Source: Eledone cirrhosa (taxonomy: Eukaryota). Taken from it: DNA of 64,000 nucleotides. This document shows positions 24,437 through 34,915 of the stretch, piece after piece. Position 1 is the first letter of the stretch, and each line of letters opens with the position of its first letter. The position numbers were made by a program, and so were the translations under genes. The DNA is taken from positions 37,262,001 through 37,326,000 of the forward strand of contig OZ024744.1 of assembly GCA_964016885.1 (NCBI GenBank). The letters are read 5' to 3'. Under the pieces are notes generated by a model. The model saw only the letters and a list, made by a program, of their open reading frames with translations. It searched no databases and was not told where the DNA came from.

Positions 24437-24675
24437 GTTGTTTTTTGTTTAAAATGAAATTTTGGGTACAAAACCCCAATAACTGATTATTTAACCCCGA
24501 AGGGCCAAATAACGGACAGAAAGACCCCTCTCACGAGGAGGAGGGTGTCTTTATCAACAATTTGGTTCAAGTTTTAAACAATTTACAATTGTTTTAACGG
24601 TTAAAAATTACTATACCTTACAGAGCCGAGCCTCCGTCAACCATGGCATTCAATAATAATAATAATAATAATAAT

Positions 24676-27421
24676 TATGCATCGGCTAAAGTCACCACTC
24701 ACTTATGTGGAGTGAAGATGAAAAAACAAAGGAATTCCCACAAGAAATCTACTTGGCAAGATAACATCAATCGCCAAATAAACCTTCTCCGATCTGACAT
24801 AGAAATTTTAACAAACTATAAAGTAGGTGAACATGTTAAACAAACTAAACTTAGAAAATTGAAAAAAAAGTACAGTATAAGATCAACATGTGACATAGAC
24901 ATGCTGATAGAAACAATCAAGCAAAAAGTGTCGGCCAAAGCTGCTCGTATAAGGCGCTTTGAAAAACGATCTAGATTCTATAAGGACAATAATATGTTCA
25001 AAAACAACCAAAGAAACTTCTACAGAAAAATTGGTAAGTCAACAATAACTGCTAAATCAATACCACCCAAGGAGGAAGTGCAAGAATTCTGGGAAAAGAT
25101 CTGGGCCGAAGAAAAAGTTCATAACATACATGCCCCATGGATAGACAGACAAATGAAAGAAACAGCTCACCTTGAGGAACAAACATGGGAAAATATAACA
25201 GTTGAACAGCTGCGCTTGGCTCTAAGAAAAACCAGCAAATGGAAATCCCCAGGAAAAGACAAAATACAAAACTTTTGGATAAATGCCTTCACAGAGTCTC
25301 ATGAGCTGTTAGCCCAACTTTACAATGAAATAGTTAAGGAGCCAGAAAAGATACCACCATGGCTAGTTAACGGCATTACATTCCTGCTACCGAATAATGA
25401 TGAGACAAACAATCCCAAAAATTACAGACCGATAACCTGCTTGACCACAATGTATAAAATTTTAACATCAGTCCTAACTGAATACACATATGACCACCTG
25501 ATAACAAATGACCTATTTCCCATTGAGCAGAAAGGGTGTAAACGAGGCTCATATGGCTGTAAGGATCAGCTTCTGGTTAACAAAATGATACTGGAAGATT
25601 GTCATAATAGGCACAAAAATCTATCGATTGCTTGGATAGATTATAAAAAAGCATTTGATAGTTTGCCACACAGTTGGATTGAAAAATGTTTAGAGATTTT
25701 CAAAATATCCCCCGTTGTCAGGAGGTTTTTGTCATTCAGTATGAGGACATGGAGAACGACACTCCTTTTGAATAGTGAAACAAAATCACTGGAAGCTGGA
25801 GAAGTTAACATTAATTGTGGAATTTTTCAGGGTGACTCTTTATCACCGCTTTTATTCTGCATCGCACTTATACCATTAGAGTCTATGACAAAACCTGAAA
25901 CTATTTGCAAAAAATGATGAACAATTGCAAGGGCTATTATCCACTGTGAAGCAGTTCAGTGATGACATTAAAATGGAGTTTGGACTGGATAAATGCGCCA
26001 AAGCAATGTTCACCAGAGGAAAGCTGCTGAAGAGTTCAGACATTAATCTTCATCGGGGGAACGTGATAAGAGAGCTTGATCAAGAACAAACTTACAAATA
26101 TCTAGGTGTTTGTGAAGGAGACGGAATCAAGCACTCGACAATGAGGGAAAGGATAAGGAAGGAATGTTACCGCAGAGTCAGAGCAATCTTAAGAACGGAA
26201 TTGAATGCAAGGAATAGGATCGATGCCATAAACACGCTTGCCATACCAGTAGTAACCTACAGTTACAATGTCATCAACTGGTCAAGCACAGAGATCTGTA
26301 GGCTCGATACAAAAATCCGAAAATTCTTAACCATGCACAGAATGCATCACCCTAAGGCAGACATAGATATAATATATCTCCCTAGGAAAGAAGGAGGACG
26401 TGGGTTAATCCAGTTAGACATTGCGTTGAAAACTGCAACAATTGGATTATCCACATATCTAAGGGAATCACATGATTGGATGATCAAACTCGTTTTGAAA
26501 CACGAAAGCACCAAAAGATCATATTCCATTACAAAAGATGCACAAAGATACAGTAATGGACTACAAATTTCAGAAGTCCCATTTACTGCTGAAATGGAAA
26601 ACACAGAAAAAGCAAAGCAGGTAAAAGTAACTGCAAAGAAAGAACTGCTACAGAAACTGGCTAAGAAATGTCAAGAAAAGCCTCTGTATGGAAAATACCC
26701 AGAGCGAGCTAACAATCCTGATGTTGACAAAACTTTAACCCATCAGTGGTTGGCATCCTCTGGACTGAAATCGGAGACTGAAGGACTGATTATATCCGGA
26801 AAAGATCAGTATCTGCCAACACAAAATTACCAAGCCAACATAATAAAAAATGGATGCCGTGTATGCAAAAAACAACCAGAGACCATTGACCATATAATTT
26901 CAATGTGCAGTCCTATAGCTCCAACCGAATACCTAAACAGGCATGACAGAGCTGCACAATACATACATTGGATAATGTGTAAGCATTTTGACCTACCCCA
27001 TCAAAAGAATTGGTGGGAGCATCAACCACCTCCCATACTTGAAAAAGATCACATCTCAATCTTGTGGAACTTTAGCATCCAAACGTACCGAAAAATAGAT
27101 GCAAATAGACCTGATATAATATTGAAGGACTTTAAAATGAGGGTATGCCTGCTAATTGATATGTTCGTTCCAATAGACAAGAATGTATGTATAAAAACAT
27201 TTGAAAGATTGAGCAAGTATAAGGACCTGGAGATAGAAATTGGAAAAATGTGGAAATTGAGAACTAAAACAATACCAGTAGTTGTAGGCGCTCTGGGAAT
27301 GATACCTAAGGTGTCTAATGATTACTTATCGCAAATCCCAGGAAACCCGCGTATAGGAGAAATACAAAAGATAGTACTACTGGGAACTGCCCATATACTA
27401 AGGAAGATTCTGTCAAGATAA
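24676..27421 (+). pseudogene. R4-2 RT-RLE ORF with internal deletion of the catalytic MDD region
   Basis: ORFs 24643-25917 and 25925-27421; after GIFQGDSLSP..LIPL the sequence jumps to LKLFAKND with a frameshift near 25880; CRVC..H..C, RHD, NRPD, KYKDL and VVVGALG are retained. Confidence 0.9.
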
Positions 27422-27564
27422 GTACATCACAAGTCTAAACACTAAAGATGCATGTGTGAGTATATATGTTCTTTCGTGAACATGGCGGACCTTGTTGTCT
27501 CTTGAGGTCACTGGTTGTGACTTGGTGATAACTCGTATGAACATAAAGCAAGATAAATGCAACT

Positions 27565-27596
<32 letters not shown>
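24676..27596 (+). mobile_element. 5'-truncated R4/Dong-clade element (R4-2), (AAT)n on both sides
   Basis: RT and RLE motifs homologous to but diverged from R4-1; (AAT)8 at 24652-24675 and (AAT)10 tail at 27567-27596. Confidence 0.93.
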
Positions 27597-27598
<2 letters not shown>

Positions 27599-27829
27599 TG
27601 TCTTTATTAACCACAAGGGTTTACATAAAGTAGACATTAAGGACGGTACAGGACAATACAGGGCGGTACAAATGGGCATTTCTGCGTGTAAAAAAAACAT
27701 AACAGAGGATATAATAAAAATAACAATGAAAAATTCCCCAATAGGGGGGAGACTTCGGAGGGACATTTGTGGAGAAAGCCCATTAAAAGGCCACAGTGAC
27801 CCTGACCACCAGGGCAAGTGCCCTCTACC
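27597..27829 (-). mobile_element. 3'-UTR-only insertion of the copy A/B family (copy D)
   Basis: Aligns with 13396-13628 and 18623-18868; (AAT)n on both sides. Confidence 0.92.
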
Positions 27830-27847
27830 AATAATAATAATAATAAT

Positions 27848-30823
27848 GATTTCATTTATTAGCCACAAGGGCCGACATGTAGGGGACAATACAAAGACAG
27901 GGACAGTGGGGTTTACAATAAGGTCGAGTAAAAGTGCACAATGGCAAGACTAATTTAACAATGAAAATATAAAAATATAAAATAAACTATGCTTAAACAT
28001 AACAAAATAAATTCCCCGATAGGGGATCGACGACCCTGGGGTGATTCGGGTACCCCACCAATCCTGAACCACCCTGCGCTTCTAGGGCACCCAGGAGAGC
28101 ACCCCTCTCCTCAAGTTAGCCAGCCTATAGGCGCATGGTCAGAATAGGCCCATTCACACGAGCCATTCTCGCCACATTCACTCACCTTTTAGCAAATGTA
28201 CTGGGGGGCAGCACTTCTCTCTCCACCCTCACCCTCCTTTCCAGGTGAAACTTGAAGAAGTTGATGAGGGATTGGCCGAAGAGAAAAGTGTCTGCCTTTA
28301 GTCCTTTCAACCTGGTCCACCATATAATCTCTTTCGCAACTGCCACCAGACAGAGGAAAATGTCCTGCTCTTCCTGACCTAAGGAAGGTGGCGGCTCGAT
28401 CTTCACTATGGACTCGGCCGATAGCCGGATTCGTTCCACACGCGACAGTAGCTGTTCGACATAACTCCACAAGTCAGTAATGCACGGACATTAGACAACT
28501 GCGTGCAGAACGGTTTCGTCGCTCTGTACGCATCTTGGGCAGGTCCGTCTGAGAGCACTTCCGTGTCTGTAGAGTTTATACCGAACCAGCAGTGCCCCCC
28601 GGTAGCACTGCCAAGCGAGGGATTTCTGGAAATTGTCCATCGTCCCCGGCTCCAAAGTCCTCCGGTACAGACTGGTCAGTTCGACTTCGTCGAGGCCCAA
28701 AGCTTCTCCGAGTGCGTCATCGCACTTGCCCACCACTAATCACCTATAGAACTCGAGAGTGGAAGTTCCACTGATCGCATTGCCCGCTTGGTACAGGGCA
28801 GTGAGTTCCTGGCAACATTCCAGGTGCCAGTCACCCAGTCTCGGTCTTCTTGAACAAGGACTGCAGCTCAGTCAAAGAAATGAGCCGCGGAAAGGCCCGT
28901 CTGATAAACGGCGACCACACCTGTTCACCATTGAGGCAGAATATCTGGAGATGTCGCAGCCTCAACGCATGTCTGCGCATCATTAGCCACGGCATGCCCA
29001 GCCCTCCGCGTAGAGGGTGCTGGCAGCAGATGGACCGCCTCACCAACGGAACTTGTCCACTCCACAAGAATTTGAAGAGGATCCGTTCAAACTTAACGAG
29101 GGGCAGACGGAGGGCAAGGCACGACGGTTAGGCGGTAGTAGATGACTGACGCGATGTACGCATTCGCCACCTCCGCGCGACCTTTCAGGGATAGCTTCCT
29201 CCCAGCCCATTTTTGGGTGAGACTGGCTACTCTGCTCGTTACCTCGTCCCAATTATTTTCCACCTGGAGGTCTGGTCCGAACCAAACCCCGAGCAACTTT
29301 ACTGGTCCGTCCGTCCAACGCCCCACGACGCTGTTGGACGGAATGGGCTTGCCTCTCCAGGTTCCGAGCTGCAAGCCCACCGATTTTTCCGGGTTAAGTT
29401 TGGCTCCTGTCAACCTTTCATATTCCTTCAATAAGGTGCCGACCACCTCGATTTCTGAGGTGTTCGACACCATCACCTTCCACGTCCGGGTTCGAGCGGG
29501 ATGCCCTGCAACAGCTCCAGCTTCCGCAATAAAGGCTCGAGAGTCAATACGTACAGAAGGGAAGAGAGAGGGCACCCTTGACGGGCCGATCGGGAGAGCC
29601 GAAATGGTTCTGAGAGGTGGCCATTAACCTTGACCACCGAGCGTGTGCCGCTGTGCATTGCAACGATCCAGCTTCTAAAGACAGGGCCGAAGCCAGCTGC
29701 TTTGAGGACAAACTCCAGATACCGATGGTCGACCCTATCGAATGGTTTCGATTGATCTAAATTGATCAGTGCCCCACCGAAGCCAGGTTTACACCCTACC
29801 CTCTCTATGATGTATCGCATGAGGTGGAGATTATCGTGTATGGACCTGGCTGGGATTGCGCAAGTTTGCGCCTCCCCAACCAAATCCTCGACGACAAGCG
29901 CCAATCTCTTTGCTAATACCTTGGCCAAAATCTTAAACTCTGTGTTGAGCAGAGTTATGGGCCTGAAGTTGTCTAATGTATCCCTCTTGTTCTCGTCTTT
30001 CCTCACAGAACTGGGAATACTCCCATTCTGCTGCCAGTTACAGTAGAGTGCTTCGAGGAGTTCGGAGAACAAGTCTGGCATATTTACGTAAAGCTTCTAG
30101 GGCAGGCCATCCAAACCGGGTGACTTGCGCCTCATGCAGCCGACAAGGACGTCCTGAAGTAATCGGCCTTTCGCAGCGCTCAGCGTCGACCGTCGAGATG
30201 CGCGGCAAGCCGTCAAGGTAGGAACTGAAATCCGCTACTCTCTCTGACGCGCCACTCTCCATGAACAACCGAGCAAAGTGCTGGCGAAAGGCCTCACACA
30301 TCCGCTTGGAATCGCTTATCTCGTGTCCGCCTCGGTCCGCCAAAGACCGAATTGTGGTTTTATTACCACGCTGCGCCTCCGCCACGCGGGCCCATCGAAC
30401 AGCTTTAGTTCCCTCGTTTCTCAGCGCACGCGCCTTAGGTCTGACAATGCAACCTTCGTGTTTGGCATTGAAAAATGGTCTAATGCCATTCTCGCCGTTA
30501 GCACGTCAGTTGCAATGCCACTACAAATAGCCTCGTCTAACCTATCTACCAGCTCCTCCTCCTTTCTATTTTTCTCTAACGCTAGTTCTTTGCTGAACTC
30601 TATCGAAGTTACTCTAATCTCTCTTTTGAGAGACCCCCACCATCTGTTGTTGATGATCCCCCCTGTCAACTTTTGCTTAACTAACTTGTTGACTCGGTCC
30701 CTGTAAGCTTTACGTGCCGGAAATGACATGTTCAGCTTCCAGTAACCCGGTCCCAACCAACGCGTTTTATTTAGGTAGACCGTACAGATCACAAATTTGT
30801 GATCTGAATAGGCGACCGCTTTT
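27848..30823 (-). mobile_element. 5'-truncated, decayed L1/Tx1 paralogue (copy C)
   Basis: ORF2 remnants 28125-30820 (SDHKF, GYWKLN, FRPITLLNTEFKILAK, RQGCPLS, CPRC..ETVLH) with frameshifts and loss of YADD; distinct 3' UTR; (AAT)6 and (AAT)5 flanks. Confidence 0.92.
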
Positions 30824-31012
30824 AATAATAATAATAATAGTTTCTACTTTTGGCACAAGGCCACACAATTATCCCAGTGTATTACTGGTACTTTATTTTA
30901 TGGACCCCGTAAGGATGAAAGGCAAACTTAACCTTGGCAGGATTTGAACTCAGACCATAAAGGGCGGTAACTCTTTGCTGCAAAGCATGGCGTCCGATCC
31001 TGTACCGATACT
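30824..31012 (-). mobile_element. tRNA-derived Nin/Deu-domain SINE
   Basis: B box GAGTTCAAATCC, domain aactttgcctttcatccttacggggtc.ataaaataaagtaccag, tail ggccttgtgccaaaagtagaaact(att)n. Confidence 0.88.
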
Positions 31013-31057
31013 AATAGTAATAGATGACAACAAAGAATCAGTACTGCATTATATATA

Positions 31058-31243
31058 TGGATTGGTAGTATCGGTAGAGGGTCGGACGCCATGCTTTGAC
31101 GCATAGAGTTACGGTCTTTGCCATTCTGAGTTCAAATCCCGTCGAGGTTAACTTTGCCTTTCATCCTTACGGGGTCGATAAAATAAAGTACCAGTAATGC
31201 ACTGGGTAATTGCTGGCCTTGTGCCAAAAAGTAGAAACAATTA
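31058..31243 (+). mobile_element. tRNA-derived Nin/Deu-domain SINE
   Basis: A-box-like tggtagtatcggtag, B box gagttcaaatccc, same domain and tail. Confidence 0.9.
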
Positions 31244-32236
31244 TATATATATTTAATTGCATATTACATATGTTTCACTGCCGATCAGCTCGAGGAACGA
31301 TCGAATAATATGTGTGTACTCACATGTAGACGCCCCCCCCCCCCCCCCCGCCATATATATACGCACGGACACGTATAAGATTATATACATGGATTCTTCA
31401 GTAGTCGCATACTAGATTTTAAGCGAGCAAGCTGGAAGGGTGGGGCACTGAACGATAACTTTCACAACTTTATCACTTAAGCAGTGCTAATTTTACGCAT
31501 GACAGTTACATTTTCGGTACGGGTGATCAATTTACATTCGCCATATTGGAACCAATTTATAGAACCCTGTGAGGTCATCTCTAGCTGTCCATCTCCTGCT
31601 ACACCAAATCCGTAAACTAGTACATGAGGCACATCCAAGCCACTGTTGTTCAGCTTTAAGCCAGTTCTGTAATTCAGCAGAAATTTGATTATCGGCTTTC
31701 TAGAAAAGACTACCGCATGTTTCAATTTTTGTAACAGACATAGCGTATGTAGGAGAGCTTCGTTCAATATGCTCATCTTTATTCTAGGAGGTTACGGGTG
31801 TGAATCGAAATAAATTTTGTTGGTATTTTTAGCAAGTTGAGGGACCACGTACTGGCTTCGCTGTTGGCTCATGTTAAATGCAAGTTCTTAATGTGAATAA
31901 AAATACTTACAAGAGTCACTGTGACCAACGAAAATCATCACAACGATTTTATTATACGTTGGTAAAAATTATAGAATCTTTACGTTTCCTTTAACTGATA
32001 ACATTTATTTTTTTATGTATCTTTTACAAATCAGATACATGTCGCTAAATCATTATTACTTTTTTTTCTACCAAAGATGTAATATTCCTTTTTTTCCACA
32101 CAGAATATCAAAGTGATTGCGAATAATCTCAACATTTATGATTCGAAGATTGACATTTTCCCACCTTCTACTCATATCGCTAACATTTTTTTTTTACTTT
32201 ACTTTTTATTCACTTCTCTCCCTGCTCCTACCATCA

Positions 32237-32346
<110 letters not shown>

Positions 32347-32976
32347 TTCCCTGTGTGTGTGTGTTTTTTTCTCAAACGATGTATTTACCCTTTCAATTTG
32401 TAGTAGTCGTATTTGTATCGAATATTTGTTGGAACATTTTCTGTTAGCAAATCATCATTATGTATTCTGAGAAATGCTGTATTCTTTTGAAGGCAAAAAC
32501 TCGGTAAATAACATGCAATGGCAGTAAAATCAGCGTTATCTGATTAGATATTGTCAATGTAAATACATTGAATATGGTCTCTGAAGGATATATGTCACTA
32601 AGAAGAAACTTATGTTTACAATATAGCAAAAAAATAAATAAATAAACACGAGAAAAACAAAAAAACAATAACAACAGCAACAACTATTATCATGATAATG
32701 TCTTTTTTATTTTTATTTTATTTTTTTACATATGGGAACAAACGAATAGCATGCAACATGTAATTACATAAAGTAAGAAGAGAGAAGACAATATACTTTC
32801 TTTGTCTTATTATTATTATTCTTTTTTTTCTTTTTTTTTTTTTACGAAAATTTGTGAATCTGTGAAGTTGAATGTCTTGTGGATTGGGGACAGCCGTTGT
32901 TATGTGTGCGTGTGAGGGTGTGAGTGTGGGGGGGTGGGGGTGGGGGGTGGGGGGGGGGTTGCATCTATGAATTTCA

Positions 32977-33928
<952 letters not shown>

Positions 33929-34570
33929 GGTTTCGGTTAGACGTGATTAAGCAAGTCACATGATCCACGAGGCATCAGAACATATACGTGTATAGCTTAA
34001 ACCAGAAATAAACACTGAGCTGTAGTTTCGATTAGCCTTGAGTAAACTGTTTGATCTAATACTCTTGTTACTCCCTAATCTAATATATTATTTTATTTCA
34101 TCTAGCGATGCACGACAGTTGTTGAAAGAGAGATATTCCAGGGCGTTCAACCTTTTAGATCGTTGGCCAATGTTATTAACGGCATAAGCTATGTTAGATC
34201 TCTTCCAACGGAAATTAAGATCATCAAGGAAATTAATTATTTCCATTATTTTCACGAATCACTAGAAATCTCTATCCGCCGTTATTCTTAGATTTTAGTT
34301 AAGTTTCTCTATTGTTTGGTACTGATAATAATGTTACTAATACTAATACTAATGCCAATATCGCTTTGGATAGGAAGTTAAAATATCAAAGATTCTTGCA
34401 AAGGTGTTTACTAATGTTTGACATGAGAAAAAGACAACAGCAAACACACATTTCGTGAACAGCGATACATATTGATTCTTAGGTGTGAATTCATTCCCCC
34501 GCAACGAGAGTTTCTTGTGTATGCTTGTGTGTACAATTACACTTTCTGTTCACCATCATCATCACCATTA

Positions 34571-34790
34571 GTAGATTGGCTGTATCGGTGGAGCGTCAGA
34601 CACCATGCTTTCCAGCATAGTTACGTCCCTTTACATTCTGAGTTCAAATCCCGCCGAGGTTAGCTTTGCCTTTCATCCTTACGGGGTCGATAAAATAAAG
34701 TACCAGTAACGTACTGAGATCGATTTAATCTACTTGTTTCTTTCCCCAAAATTGCTGGCCTCGCGCCTTTATCAGAAACCATTATCATTA
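34571..34790 (+). mobile_element. Nin/Deu-domain SINE (longer-body variant)
   Basis: Same head, B box and domain; extra gatcgatttaatctacttgtttctttccccaa segment; attatcatta tail. Confidence 0.87.
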
Positions 34791-34794
34791 TGGA

Positions 34795-34915
34795 TGTTGT
34801 TGCCGCTGCTGCTGCTGCTGCTGCTGTTGTTGTTGTTGTTGTTGTTGTTGCTGTTGTTGTTGTTGTTGTTGTTGTTATTGCTGTTGTTGTTATTGCTGTT
34901 ACTGTTGTTGTTGCT
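34795..34915. repeat. (GTT/GCT)n microsatellite shared as tail by the SINE (+) and R4-3 (-)
   Basis: Direct reading. Confidence 0.9.

Larger units (their letters stand above)
18623..24651 (-). mobile_element. Full-length L1/Tx1-type non-LTR retrotransposon copy B, both ORFs intact
   Basis: About 215-nt 5' UTR, ORF1, 35-nt spacer, ORF2, about 260-nt 3' UTR ending AATAAAGAAATC(ATT)n; (ATT)8 directly 5' of the element. Confidence 0.95.

Noticed and set aside
14734-24479. Many plus-strand and alternative-frame ORFs over copies A and B
   Set aside because: Shadow frames of GC-richer retrotransposon ORFs; their duplication only reflects A/B identity
13345-30838. Repeated (AAT)n-GATTTC..CCACAAGGG blocks as LTRs or a CRISPR-like array
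   Set aside because: They are 3' UTRs and tails of separate non-LTR insertions; no TG..CA, PBS, integrase or cas genes
31058-31145. tRNA genes at A/B-box sites
   Set aside because: No complete cloverleaf; boxes continue into the SINE body and tail
31477-31776. 99-aa minus-strand ORF in unique sequence
   Set aside because: No recognisable motif or convincing exon structure
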